Assembly: GCA_965243395.1 (NCBI GenBank) | Contig: CBDEUS010000001.1 | Span: 32,001 to 96,000 of the forward strand | Direction: 5' to 3' | DNA length: 64,000 nt | Source of the DNA: Gammaproteobacteria bacterium | Lineage (GTDB): Bacteria > Pseudomonadota > Gammaproteobacteria > UBA4575 | Part shown: positions 46,994 to 57,164 of the stretch, in pieces | How the letters are laid out: every line of letters begins with the position of its first letter | How positions within the stretch are numbered: the stretch's first letter is position 1 | Translations under genes and position numbers: made by a program | Notes under the pieces: generated by a model | Told to the model about the DNA's origin: nothing | Database searches by the model: none | Seen by the model: only the letters and a program-made list of their open reading frames with translations

Positions 46994-47647
46994 CTAAGAT
47001 ATTTTTGGCCCGCTATCACAGCCAAGGATGAGTACATCGGCTGGGCGAATTGCAAATATTCCTACTGTGACAACACCCGCTAAGTTATTTAGCTGTTGTT
47101 CCATTTCCACCGGATTGAGAATCTGCAAGTTGTGTACATCTAGAATTAGATTACCATTGTCAGTTTCAAAGTCTTCGCGTAGTTCAGGTGCTCCGCCAAT
47201 TTTCACAAGCTGTCTGGCGACGTAACTACGTGACATAGGGATCACTTCGATCGGTAATGGAAATTCACCTAATACGTCTACTAGTTTGGAATCATCCGCA
47301 ATGCAAACAAATTTTTCGCTGATTGCTGCAACAATTTTCTCACGTGTATGAGCACCACCTCCACCTTTAATGAGATGTTTGTGAACTGTAGTTTCATCAG
47401 CGCCATCTACGTAAATGGGAAGCGATGCAACGTTATTTGCATCGATAACCTCTATTCCATGTTGTTTTAATCGCTCTGAGGACGCTACAGAGCTTGCTAC
47501 GGCACCTTCTATTTTACCTTTAAGTTTGGCTAAGCCATCAATGAAATAATTTGCAGTGGATCCTGTGCCTACACCGACGATGTCATCGACTTGTATATAA
47601 TCTAAAGCCGCTTCTGCTGCGATTTGCTTCTTTTTTTCTAAACACAT
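46994..47647 (-). CDS. rpiA: Ribose-5-phosphate isomerase A
   Basis: Motifs 'GVGTGST', 'YVDGADE', '[15 protein letters not shown]', 'TDNGN'. Confidence 0.97.
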   Translation of the reverse strand: MCLEKKKQIAAEAALDYIQVDDIVGVGTGSTANYFIDGLAKLKGKIEGAVASSVASSERLKQHGIEVIDANNVASLPIYVDGADETTVHKHLIKGGGGAHTREKIVAAISEKFVCIADDSKLVDVLGEFPLPIEVIPMSRSYVARQLVKIGGAPELREDFETDNGNLILDVHNLQILNPVEMEQQLNNLAGVVTVGIFAIRPADVLILGCDSGPKIS

Positions 47648-47782
47648 GTAGGGTTCAACTCAGTTTTGCTGAATAATACCCACAGTGATTAGCAAAAGCA
47701 TCGTTAATTTGAATCTAAAGAAGAGCAAAATAGGTTATAAATTAGTCAAAAGAAAAGTAGCTACAAAGTAAAGTTAGGAACT

Positions 47783-49297
47783 GTGAATACGGATTTAATA
47801 AAAAAAATAGAGAACTCTAAGGTCTATGACGTAGCGATTGAGTCACCGCTTGAGTACGCAAAAGTCATTTCATCACGATTGGCGAATAATGTATTGCTTA
47901 AAAGAGAAGATCAACAAAGCGTATTTTCTTTCAAGCTACGCGGGGCGTATAACAAAATTGCACATTTATCCGAGGCAGAGAAACAGCAGGGTGTCATCGC
48001 AGCTTCAGCAGGAAATCATGCACAAGGTGTAGCATTGGCAGGCCAAAAGCTAGGAATTTCTGCCACCATTGTAATGCCTCGAACAACACCAAGTATCAAG
48101 GTTGAATCGGTTGCGCGCTTAGGGGGTAATGCCGTTTTATTTGGGGACACTTACGATGAAGCTCATCAACATTCTTTGCAGTTGGCGCAAGAGAAAAATT
48201 TAACCTACGTTCATCCTTATGATGATATCGATGTGATCGCAGGACAGGGAACCATAGCAATGGAAATATTGCAGCAACACCCTGGGAAAATTGACGCGAT
48301 GTTTATTCCGATTGGTGGCGGAGGTTTGGTTGCCGGTATGGCAGCTTACTTTAAACATCATCGTCCTGAAACCAAAATTATTGGCGTAGAACCACAGGAT
48401 GCACCTACGATGCATGCGGCACTCCTAGCTAATGCAAGGGTGGAGTTAGAGCAGGTTGGAATATTTGCTGATGGTGTGGCGGTTCGTCAAATAGGTGAGA
48501 AAACCTTTGAAATTGCAAAAAACCTCATCGATGAAGTATTACTTGTAAGTACGGATGAAATATGTGCTGGCATTAAAGACATATTTGATGAGACTCGCAC
48601 ACTTGTTGAACCCGCTGGAGCGTTGTCACTGGCTGGTATTAAGCAGTATGTAGCAAGAGAAAAAGTCAGTAATCAAACTTTGATTGGGATTAACTGTGGT
48701 GCCAATATCAATTTTGATCGCTTACGCCATGTAGCGGAGCGAGCAGAATTGGGAGAGCGTCGAGAATGTTTGTTTGCGGTAACCATTCCTGAGCAGCCAG
48801 GGAGCTTTTTAAAGTTTTGTCGAATTCTAGGTACACGCGGAATTACTGAATTTAATTATCGATATGCTGGTAAAAGTGATGCACATATATTTGTCGGAAT
48901 AAAAGTTGAAGATTCCGAAAAAGAAAAACCTGAATTACTTAAGGTTATGAATGCAGATGGTTATGCGGCATTGGATATTTCAGATAACGAAATGGCCATA
49001 CTGCATCTGCGCCATATGGTAGGAGGTCATTGTGCAGAATTACAAGATGAAATTGTTTTTCGATTTGAATTTCCTGAGCGTCCTGGCGCATTACTCCAAT
49101 TTTTAGAAACAATTGGTCAAGATTGGAATATAAGTTTGTTTCACTACCGGAATCATGGTGCTGCATATGGGCGTGTGTTAGTGGGCATTCAAGTACCCAA
49201 TTCTGAACGTTCTCGATTTGATAAGTTTTTAGATAAATTAGGTTATAGGTGTTGGGAAGAATCAAATAACCCTATATATAAGCTATTTTTAGGCTAA
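47783..49297 (+). CDS. ilvA: Biosynthetic threonine ammonia-lyase
   Basis: Motifs 'KREDQQSVFSFKLRGAYNK', 'SAGNHAQG', 'FEFPERPGAL', 'ISLFHYRNHG'. Confidence 0.97.
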   Translation: MNTDLIKKIENSKVYDVAIESPLEYAKVISSRLANNVLLKREDQQSVFSFKLRGAYNKIAHLSEAEKQQGVIAASAGNHAQGVALAGQKLGISATIVMPRTTPSIKVESVARLGGNAVLFGDTYDEAHQHSLQLAQEKNLTYVHPYDDIDVIAGQGTIAMEILQQHPGKIDAMFIPIGGGGLVAGMAAYFKHHRPETKIIGVEPQDAPTMHAALLANARVELEQVGIFADGVAVRQIGEKTFEIAKNLIDEVLLVSTDEICAGIKDIFDETRTLVEPAGALSLAGIKQYVAREKVSNQTLIGINCGANINFDRLRHVAERAELGERRECLFAVTIPEQPGSFLKFCRILGTRGITEFNYRYAGKSDAHIFVGIKVEDSEKEKPELLKVMNADGYAALDISDNEMAILHLRHMVGGHCAELQDEIVFRFEFPERPGALLQFLETIGQDWNISLFHYRNHGAAYGRVLVGIQVPNSERSRFDKFLDKLGYRCWEESNNPIYKLFLG

Positions 49298-49378
49298 GTA
49301 CAGATGTGAGCTCTGGAACGAGCGAATAAAAGTCGCATCGTGGATGATGCGAACAAAATTAAATTTTTTTCAAACATA

Positions 49379-49407
49379 AAAAAAGGGCTCTGAAAGAGCC
49401 CTTTTTT
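49379..49407. terminator. Bidirectional Rho-independent terminator
   Basis: aaaaaagggctct-gaa-agagcccttttt between convergent ilvA and the histone-like gene. Confidence 0.9.
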
Positions 49408-49432
49408 ATTTGGATATCGAATCCAACTACTA

Positions 49433-49921
49433 TTAACGACGCTTACGCTTCGTTTTACGCTTAGTAGTTTTACGCTTGACCTTGCGCTTGGTCTTGCGTT
49501 TCGTAGCCTTACGCTTTGTTTTGCGTTTAGTCTTACGCTTCGCAGTCTTACGCTTTGTTTTGCGTTTAGTCTTACGCTTCGTCTTACGCTTTGCTTTGCG
49601 TTTAGTCTTGCGCTTCGTCTTACGCTTCGCAGTCTTACGCTTTGTTTTGCGTTTAGTCTTACGCTTCGTCTTACGTTTCGCAGTCTTACGTTTAGTTTTG
49701 CGTTTAGTCTTGCGCTTCGTCTTACGCTTCGCAGTCTTACGCTTTGTTTTGCGTTTAGTCTTGCGCTTCGTCTTACGCTTCGCAGTCTTACGTTTAGTTT
49801 TGCGCTTCGTCTTACGCTTCGCAGTTTTCCGCTTTGCGGTAGATTTACGCCTAGTAGCCTTACGCTTAGTCGCCTTACGTTTAGTGCGACGTTTAGTGGT
49901 AGCTTTACGTTTGATGGCCAT
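49433..49921 (-). CDS. Histone H1/protamine-like Lys-Arg-Thr repeat protein (162 aa)
   Basis: GGAGGGAG RBS before ATG 49921. Almost entirely KRKT/KRKTA repeats with synonymous codon variation between units. Has its own terminator. Confidence 0.8.
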   Translation of the reverse strand: MAIKRKATTKRRTKRKATKRKATRRKSTAKRKTAKRKTKRKTKRKTAKRKTKRKTKRKTKRKTAKRKTKRKTKRKTKRKTAKRKTKRKTKRKTKRKTAKRKTKRKTKRKAKRKTKRKTKRKTKRKTAKRKTKRKTKRKATKRKTKRKVKRKTTKRKTKRKRR

Positions 49922-50354
49922 CAATACTCCCTCCAAACAATAAATGTGAGTTGTAAACGCGCCAAAGTATATATATTTAAGCTACAAATACTAGTATTTT
50001 TGTAATGTTTTTATCACTTTCCATCATTAATGTTTTTTAGTTTGTTAAAAAACTTTCGTCTTAAAATTCTTAAAATGTTTTTTTATTTTTAAAAAAAATG
50101 TGACTGTTTTTAGTAAAAAATAGCAAAAAAACACCATTTATTTAACATAACAACTTATATTTTGTTTAATTTAAGCAGTTTTTTGCAAATTTCGGTTGCA
50201 CACGAACAACGAAATTTGCATTGAAAATATAAAAAAATATGCAAAAAAAAGTAAAAATTTTTTTTCTAGAAAAGTAAAAAAAATTAAAAAATTTAACTAA
50301 AAAAACAAAATTTTTAGGAAATTTATAAAAAAAATAACGAATTTTGGTAAATTT

Positions 50355-50807
50355 TTACTCTAATGAAAGAATAAAATCCCAATGTTTTTTGCTTACAGGC
50401 ATGATTGAGAGTCGATTTCCACGTTTTAGTAATTGCATATCGCCTAATTTTTTATGTTGTTTCAGCTCAGCCAATGTAATAGTCCGCTTTAATTTACGTT
50501 TATAACGTACGTCCACCATAAACCAACGTGGATTTTCTGGATCACTTTTCGGGTCGTAGTGTTTGTCTTTTTTATCAAATGCTGTGTGGTCAACATAGCC
50601 TTCCTTTGCAATGGTCATGATTCCTACAATTCCTATGTCATCGCAATTAGAGTGATACATAAAGGCTAAATCACCTTTCTTCATTTCTTTATGCATCATA
50701 TTGCGGGCTTGGTAATTTCGAACTCCATCCCAGTGTTCGACTTTGTCTTTTTTTAAGTCATCAATGCTGTATTCACCTGGTTCGGATTTCATCAACCAAT
50801 ATTGCAT
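50355..50807 (-). CDS. EVE domain protein
   Basis: GGAGG RBS. Motifs 'YWLMKSEP', 'WDGVRNYQARN', 'YHSNC', 'RGNRLSIMPV'. Confidence 0.93.
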   Translation of the reverse strand: MQYWLMKSEPGEYSIDDLKKDKVEHWDGVRNYQARNMMHKEMKKGDLAFMYHSNCDDIGIVGIMTIAKEGYVDHTAFDKKDKHYDPKSDPENPRWFMVDVRYKRKLKRTITLAELKQHKKLGDMQLLKRGNRLSIMPVSKKHWDFILSLE

Positions 50808-50854
50808 GCTTATGCCTCCTCGACATACATATATAAGTACAAGATTATAGAAAT

Positions 50855-51045
50855 GCGGGCACCCCACGCATACCGTGGCAACCGTTGTCCTTGAACCAAA
50901 GGTTCAAGTGGGAGCACCGAAAAATGAATTAGGCTCTCCGCTAAGCGGATGTGCACATCAACATTTAAACAGCATTGCCCCCGGTATAAAAAAATAGGCT
51001 CAAGGGATATACCAGGAAGCACACCTGTATCGCAGAAGTACCCGA
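50855..51045 (-). ncRNA. ssrS: 6S RNA
   Basis: About 190 nt directly downstream of zapA. Complementary ends (cgggtacttc / ggggtgcccg). Conserved 'atatcccttgagcc' and 'cacttgaacc..ggttcaagg' elements. Confidence 0.88.
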
Positions 51046-51099
51046 CTTAAGTGAAACTGTAGCAGATATCTAAAAAACAGGCTTTGATACAACTCAGGT

Positions 51100-51405
51100 T
51101 TATAGTTCGAGTTGTTGACTGTTTTTTAAAGCAATATCGATGCGGTCTTGTAGGTTACGAACTCGATTGAAAAACGACTTACTGTGCTTTTCATGTTCGC
51201 TTTTTTGGCTCAAGAACTCGTGCGCCATATTGAGCGCAGCCATTACCGCTACGCGGTCAGTTCCAATGGCTTTGCCACTATCACGGATTTCTTGGATTTT
51301 TGTATTGAGGTAATGCGCAGAGGCCTGTAGAGACTCTTCCTCGCCTGAAGGGCAGGCAATCCGGTATTCTTTATCGAGAATATTGAGAGTTACAGGTTGC
51401 TCCAT
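51100..51405 (-). CDS. zapA: Cell division protein ZapA
   Basis: Motifs 'ILDKEYRIACP' and 'DRVAVMAALNMAHE'. Confidence 0.93.
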   Translation of the reverse strand: MEQPVTLNILDKEYRIACPSGEEESLQASAHYLNTKIQEIRDSGKAIGTDRVAVMAALNMAHEFLSQKSEHEKHSKSFFNRVRNLQDRIDIALKNSQQLEL

Positions 51406-51418
51406 AGTATGCGGTGGA

Positions 51419-51652
51419 TTAAGCAGAAACTTCCATTGATTTGAGGCGTGTAATCATAGCTTCAACGCGCTTTCGTGCTTGTTCGTTTTTATCGATCAAG
51501 GCCGCACGTTCTGATGAGTAAGATTCTTGTTGTAACTTTAAAAGTCTATTTTCTTTTTTCAGTTCTTCGCAAGTAGTAATCAGTTCGTTAACACGAATTT
51601 CCAATCCCTTTAAATCTTGCTCGCTGAGCTTCCCAGTGTCTTGCTTTTCCAT
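51419..51652 (-). CDS. TIGR02449 / ZapB-like coiled-coil protein
   Basis: 'ERAALIDKNEQARKRVEAMITRLKSME'. Upstream of zapA. Confidence 0.88.
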   Translation of the reverse strand: MEKQDTGKLSEQDLKGLEIRVNELITTCEELKKENRLLKLQQESYSSERAALIDKNEQARKRVEAMITRLKSMEVSA

Positions 51653-51865
51653 GGTGCAAAATGTTAGGCCTAAGTGACATTTTCGTCAACTAAAATTATG
51701 TACAAATGTAGTTAATATAAAATATAAAATTCACTGTAGAAATAGGGGTAATCGATATATAAAAATGTGATCATTGTAAAAGTAAAAAACATGGGTTTTT
51801 ACTTACACAAAATTTAGGTTAATTTTTGAGTGAATATGACTGGTAAATGATAGAATCAATAACAT

Positions 51866-52414
51866 ATGTCGCCTAAGTACGAACAAATTGAAGATGCACT
51901 TGCAACTGTGCAGTCACCCTATAGCCCGGAAGATTCTCATGGGATGCTGTGTGCAATGTTAGTAGTAAATAATTCCTTGCAATGCGCACGTTGGCTGGAT
52001 GAAATTTGTACACAAGGACATACCTTATCCTCCGAGCAACAAAATGTTCAAGATATACTCTGTGCACTTTACGAACACACTAAGCAAGAGTTAAACGACA
52101 CTATGCTAAGTTTTACGTTGTTAATCCCGGAAGAAAATAACAGTTTAAATGCACGTGTGTATGCGTTGAAGAAGTGGTGTGATGGCTTTTTATTTGGTTT
52201 AGCGCTGGCAGGTGTAAAAGATTTATCAAACGTGCCTGAAGACTCGATGGAAATTCTACAAGATATCACGAGCATTTCTCAGGCGGACGAGAATGGCGAA
52301 GAAGATGAAATGAATGAAGTCGCATATATGGATATTCTCGAATATGTGCGCATGGGCGTGCTGCTTATCAATGAAGAACTGCAGCCGATGAATCGTCCTC
52401 AGACCATTCAGTAA
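51866..52414 (+). CDS. UPF0149 (YgfB) family protein
   Basis: Motifs 'SHGMLCA', 'WCDGFLFGL', 'EYVRMGVLL'. Precedes pepP. Confidence 0.9.
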   Translation: MSPKYEQIEDALATVQSPYSPEDSHGMLCAMLVVNNSLQCARWLDEICTQGHTLSSEQQNVQDILCALYEHTKQELNDTMLSFTLLIPEENNSLNARVYALKKWCDGFLFGLALAGVKDLSNVPEDSMEILQDITSISQADENGEEDEMNEVAYMDILEYVRMGVLLINEELQPMNRPQTIQ

Positions 52415-53740
52415 TTGCTCGTGTATTCAATTAGCCAAAAAGAGCTGATCAAGCGACGTAAAACGCTCATGCGTATGGTTGGTCACGACGGCGCAGCCAT
52501 TGTCCCATCTGCAAAATCGATACCAAGAAATCGTGATGTAGATTACATCTTTCGCCAAGATAGTGATTTTCTCTATTTAACCGGTTTTGATGAGCCTGAT
52601 TCACTTGCACTGCTTTTACCTGGGCATGCCAAAGGGCAATATATTTTATTTTGTCGTGAACGCAATTCTGAACAAGAAATATGGGATGGCCGCCGTGCGG
52701 GGCAAGAAGGAGCGGTTGAATTTTTTAATGCTGATATTGCGTACTCAATAGATGAAGTGGATGAGATGCTTCCTAAGTTATTAGCGGATCGTGAGCGCTT
52801 CTTTTATCCCATGGGTCGCGACACGAACTTTGATAAGCGTGTAATTAATTGGGTCAACCAATCTCGAGGTTCCGCACGTACAGCAAAACATGTACCACAT
52901 GAATTATTGTCACTTGATTATTTTGTACATGACATGCGTCTATATAAATCTCGTAGTGAGCTGACGTTAATGCGTCAAGCTGCAAAAGCCGCCATAGCTG
53001 GGCATACAAGAGCGATGCAAGCCTGTAAGCCCGGCATGTTTGAATACGAAGTAGAAGCGGAAATTTTATATGAGTTCAGAAAAGCGGGTTGTGTACCCGC
53101 ATATCCATCTATTGTAGGTGGAGGCGATAACGGTTGTATTTTGCATTATATTGAAAACAATCAAGAACTGAACGATGGCGATCTACTGTTAATTGATGCG
53201 GGGGCAGAGTATCAAGGTTATGCCAGCGATATAACACGCACATTTCCTGTAAACGGTACATTCTCAAAAGTGCAGCGTGAAGTGTATGAGGTGGTATTGG
53301 AAGCCCAAACTGCTGCAATTAAGAAAGTAAAACCGGGCAATCACTGGAATGATCCTCATCATGAGGCGGTAAAAGTGCTTACCAAAGGTCTTGTAAACTT
53401 AGGTTTATTAAAGGGTCGACCAACAAAGCTAATTAAAGATGAAGAATATCGACAGTTTTATATGCATCGCACCGGGCATTGGTTAGGGTTGGATGTGCAT
53501 GATGTAGGTGACTATCGGTTTGATGAAGAATGGCGTTTACTTGAACCAGGAATGACCCTCACTGTAGAGCCAGGTTTATATATTTCACAGGCGAAAGGCG
53601 TACCTAAACGGTTTTGGAATATTGGAATTCGTATTGAAGACGATGTACTCGTCACAAAAGAGGGAAGTCAAGTACTCACTGAAAAACTTACACGTGACCC
53701 TGATGAAATAGAAGCACTTATGGCTTCCTCTGCTCACTAA
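52415..53740 (+). CDS. pepP: Xaa-Pro aminopeptidase P
   Basis: Motifs 'FRQDSDFLYLTGF', 'LIDAGAE..GYASDITRTFP', 'HRTGHWLGLDVHD', 'TVEPGLY', 'GIRIEDD'. Exact start uncertain. Confidence 0.95.
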   Translation: MLVYSISQKELIKRRKTLMRMVGHDGAAIVPSAKSIPRNRDVDYIFRQDSDFLYLTGFDEPDSLALLLPGHAKGQYILFCRERNSEQEIWDGRRAGQEGAVEFFNADIAYSIDEVDEMLPKLLADRERFFYPMGRDTNFDKRVINWVNQSRGSARTAKHVPHELLSLDYFVHDMRLYKSRSELTLMRQAAKAAIAGHTRAMQACKPGMFEYEVEAEILYEFRKAGCVPAYPSIVGGGDNGCILHYIENNQELNDGDLLLIDAGAEYQGYASDITRTFPVNGTFSKVQREVYEVVLEAQTAAIKKVKPGNHWNDPHHEAVKVLTKGLVNLGLLKGRPTKLIKDEEYRQFYMHRTGHWLGLDVHDVGDYRFDEEWRLLEPGMTLTVEPGLYISQAKGVPKRFWNIGIRIEDDVLVTKEGSQVLTEKLTRDPDEIEALMASSAH

Positions 53741-53750
53741 GCACGAAGCC

Positions 53751-54971
53751 ATGCCAAACCATTATGATATTGCAGTAGTAGGTAGTGGCTTAGTCGGCAG
53801 TAGTTTAGCCATAGCCTTAGCAAGATCTCTACCTTCCAAAAATAAAATTGCATTAATTGATTCTCAGCCGCTGGCTGAAATTCATCTCAATGCCCACCAA
53901 CATGATGGTCGGAGTATTGCTTTGGCCTTGTCATCTAAAAAAATGTTCGATGCTTTAGGATTGTGGGAATCTTTGCAACCGCATGCGACTGCAATTAAAA
54001 ACATCCATATCTCAGACCAGGGACGATTTGGAGCAACGCGTTTAGACAGCAAACGTTACGAAGTTGAAAGCTTTGGCTATTTAGTGCCAGCAGATTATTT
54101 AATTCATACCTTGAATGATTCTGTAGATGCATTGAAAAATGTAGCTCGATTCCAACCCTATGAAGTATCGTCAGTCGATAATTTGTCTGATCATGTAGCG
54201 CTAAATAAACAATCAAATAATACTATTGAAGCAAATTTGCTCATCGCTGCAGATGGTGCGAATTCATTTATACGTAAAGCTTTGAATATCGATATTGAAG
54301 AAAAACAATATCAGCAGTCTGCCATTGTTGGCAGTGTTGAATGCGAGCAACATCACAACAACACGGCGTATGAACGTTTCACGCAAGACGGTCCTTTGGC
54401 GTTGTTGCCTAAACAAGGAAGTCACTGTGGTTTTATTTGGATGAATTCTACAAATTCGGCGAAAATTAATTTAGCACTAGACGATCAGGATTTTAAAGAC
54501 AAGCTGCAATCTGCTTTTGGTTTTCGTTTGGGTTATTTCAAAAATATTAGTAAACGTTATTCCTATCCGCTTGCATTACTAGTGAGTCAACAACGTGTGC
54601 AACAACGGGCTGTGTTGATTGGTAATGCTGCACAAACCTTGCATCCGATAGCGGGTCAAGGCTTGAATCTTGCTTTGCGTGATATTGCCGAACTAGTAGA
54701 ATTATTAGCTGAGAACGATCTAAATAATATTGATAAACAGCTATTAAAATATGCAGAAAAGCGTCAACCCGATATTGAAAAAACTATTCGCTTTACCGAC
54801 CGTTTAAATTTCTTATTCAATGCAGATTATCCCTTGCTCGCGCAATCGCGCGGGTTAGGCTTAGCGATGCTGGGTGCGATTCCCATTTTGGAAGAACGCA
54901 TAGTAAAACAAAATTTAGGTGAAGCAGGCTCTAGTTCCAGCTTGCTTAGGGGAGAAGCAGTTAACTTATGA
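53751..54971 (+). CDS. ubiH: 2-octaprenyl-6-methoxyphenol hydroxylase
   Basis: FAD motif 'VGSGLVG', 'IHISDQGRFG', 'AYERFT..GPLALLP', 'GNAAQTLHPIAGQGLNL'. pepP-ubiH synteny. Confidence 0.92.
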   Translation: MPNHYDIAVVGSGLVGSSLAIALARSLPSKNKIALIDSQPLAEIHLNAHQHDGRSIALALSSKKMFDALGLWESLQPHATAIKNIHISDQGRFGATRLDSKRYEVESFGYLVPADYLIHTLNDSVDALKNVARFQPYEVSSVDNLSDHVALNKQSNNTIEANLLIAADGANSFIRKALNIDIEEKQYQQSAIVGSVECEQHHNNTAYERFTQDGPLALLPKQGSHCGFIWMNSTNSAKINLALDDQDFKDKLQSAFGFRLGYFKNISKRYSYPLALLVSQQRVQQRAVLIGNAAQTLHPIAGQGLNLALRDIAELVELLAENDLNNIDKQLLKYAEKRQPDIEKTIRFTDRLNFLFNADYPLLAQSRGLGLAMLGAIPILEERIVKQNLGEAGSSSSLLRGEAVNL

Positions 54972-56173
54972 CTCGTAAACAATATAATGTCGATGTAGTT
55001 GTAGTGGGCGCAGGTATGGTGGGGTTGACACTTGCAAATTTGTTAGCTCAACAAGGCAAATCAATTGCAGTAATTGATCGCAGCAACATTGCGGATTTTA
55101 ATGATGGTCAACCATATGAAGCACGTGTTACGGCCGTAAGTCCCGGTTCACAGGCCATTTTTGAACATGTAAATGCATGGAAGCTTATGCAGGCTAAACG
55201 CATCTCTCCTTTTACGGATATGCATGTGTGGGATGAGGCTGGAGAGGCAAAAATACATTTTAGTGCCAAGGAATTGCAAAGGGATATTCTAGGACATATC
55301 GTTGAAAACCGTGTGATTCAAACCAGTTTGTACGAAGCGTTGCAACAACAGGCTAATACTGAATGGTTGCTGGCTGAACAAATAAGTAAAGCACTCGTTC
55401 ATCAAGATCATTCTGAAGTAGTATTAGATAGTGATAAATCCATTTCTGCAAAATTAGTGGTGGGTGCAGATGGCGGGCGTTCCATTATCAGAAATCTTGC
55501 AGGGATTAACTATCAAGAAAAAAGTTACCAACAAATGGGCTTGGTAGCATTAGTAGAAACAGAACATTCACATGCAAATACTGCATGGCAACGTTTTTTA
55601 AGTACAGGTCCTGTTGCGTTATTACCTTTAAGTAATGGCGAATGCTCTATCGTATGGTCTGTCAGTGAAGACTATGCTGATGAACTTATGAAACTGAATG
55701 AAAATGAGTTTGCTGAAGCACTTGCTCAAGCGAGTGAAATGAAGCTAGGGAGTATCAGTCTAAAATCTAAATGTACTGCCTTTCCATTAATTTCTGGTCA
55801 AGCCGATACTATGATTCAACCTCGTATTGCGTTGGTAGGAGATGCGGCACATGCCCTACACCCGTTAGCTGGGCAGGGTGCGAACTTAGGACTTACCGAT
55901 GCTGCTGTATTGGCAGATGTATTAACTAATACGGATCGCGATTTAGGTAGTGTAAAAGTATTACGCAAATATGAACGCGCGAGAGTCGGGGAAACACAAA
56001 TTATGCAAAAAGCCATGGATGGATTTGTTACTGCTTTTGGTTCTACCAATCAAGCAATCGTAACAGCAAGAAATGCAGCTTTACGAACAGCTGACTCACT
56101 TCAGCCTATTAAGAAGTTTTTTATGACGCATGCAATGGGACTAAGTAAAGATCGACCCACATACGCACGATAA
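54968..56173 (+). CDS. ubiI: UbiI/VisC-type FAD monooxygenase
   Basis: Motifs 'VGAGMVG', 'MHVWD', 'LGHIVEN', 'GDAAHALHPLAGQGANLG'. Follows ubiH. Confidence 0.8.
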   Translation: MTRKQYNVDVVVVGAGMVGLTLANLLAQQGKSIAVIDRSNIADFNDGQPYEARVTAVSPGSQAIFEHVNAWKLMQAKRISPFTDMHVWDEAGEAKIHFSAKELQRDILGHIVENRVIQTSLYEALQQQANTEWLLAEQISKALVHQDHSEVVLDSDKSISAKLVVGADGGRSIIRNLAGINYQEKSYQQMGLVALVETEHSHANTAWQRFLSTGPVALLPLSNGECSIVWSVSEDYADELMKLNENEFAEALAQASEMKLGSISLKSKCTAFPLISGQADTMIQPRIALVGDAAHALHPLAGQGANLGLTDAAVLADVLTNTDRDLGSVKVLRKYERARVGETQIMQKAMDGFVTAFGSTNQAIVTARNAALRTADSLQPIKKFFMTHAMGLSKDRPTYAR

Positions 56174-56215
56174 AAATTTGTTGGCAGGTTGGGAATATTA
56201 ATTAAGCTCTTTAAA

Positions 56216-56243
56216 ATGACTGCTTTTGACTGAAAGCGGATAA
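56216..56243 (+). repeat. 28-bp repeat, copy B1
   Basis: atgactgcttt-tgactg-aaagcggataa. Opens the second accessory run, 42 nt after ubiI. Confidence 0.85.
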
Positions 56244-56366
56244 CTTAAAATCATTAATTTTCTAATAAATTCAATTATTACAATAGCATCAATATTTAAT
56301 GTTAGATTATAATTAAATTTAATCATAAATAACGTTCAACTTACATAATTTGAATCGTAAGGATCA

Positions 56367-57161
56367 ATGCTAAACATGAAAAAACTTATGTATCTGGTTC
56401 TCAGTATTATATTACTAGGGAGCTCACTCACATCTCATGCAAACACCCTGGAAAACGTTCTTAAAACTGGAACAATGCGTATTGGCGTTTCTCTATACGA
56501 ACCGTGGGTGATCAAAAATAAAAAAGGAGAGTTGGATGGCTATGAAATTCAAATCGCTAAGCAGCTCGCAAATGATTTAGGAGTTACTCCCGAATTCAAA
56601 GTCATTGACTGGGAAGTTTTGATAAATGAATTAGAACATAATGCAATAGACATAATTATTGCAGGTATGGCGATTACGCCAGAACGTGCGCTTCGAATAA
56701 ATTTTTCTAACCCCTATTCTAGCTCTGGGATCAGCATTGCTGCGTGTTTAGCACAGACAGAAAATATGGATTCGCTGAGTGAACTAAATGATTCAAAAAT
56801 TACGATCGGAGCGGTTTCCAATACCGTCTCTGAAGAACTCGCACGGCGTTTTTTTAATAAAGCTAAAATAAAATCCTTTACTAAAAGCGAGGATGCGATA
56901 AATGCTGTAGTTGATGGAGAAATTCACGCCTTGGTTGAATCCTCCCCGGTTCCGGAATTTTTAGCTATGAAACATCCAGAACAAGTAGATGTCCCGCTTA
57001 GCAAACCATTACTAAGCTACAAGACTGGGATGGCGGTGAATAAAGGAGAGCAAGAATTTTTAAATTATTTAAATGCCTGGATTACTGCTAGAGATGCGGA
57101 CGGGTGGTTATCTGCTAAACATAAGTACTGGTTTGAATCGTTGGATTGGAAAAAGGATTGA
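56367..57161 (+). CDS. Orphan amino-acid ABC substrate-binding protein (family 3)
   Basis: Signal peptide, 'GELDGYEIQIA', 'IDIIIAGMAITPERALRINFSNPY'. No permease or ATPase adjacent. Confidence 0.88.
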   Translation: MLNMKKLMYLVLSIILLGSSLTSHANTLENVLKTGTMRIGVSLYEPWVIKNKKGELDGYEIQIAKQLANDLGVTPEFKVIDWEVLINELEHNAIDIIIAGMAITPERALRINFSNPYSSSGISIAACLAQTENMDSLSELNDSKITIGAVSNTVSEELARRFFNKAKIKSFTKSEDAINAVVDGEIHALVESSPVPEFLAMKHPEQVDVPLSKPLLSYKTGMAVNKGEQEFLNYLNAWITARDADGWLSAKHKYWFESLDWKKD

Positions 57162-57164
57162 TTT

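Noticed and set aside
49476-49943. 155-aa + strand ORF of LRFV/LRLV repeats
   Set aside because: It is the antisense shadow of the KRKT repeat gene. The RBS and terminator support the minus strand.
51766-51781. CRP site in the zapB-like/ygfB divergent region
   Set aside because: Only the TGTGA half is present and the second half is poor.
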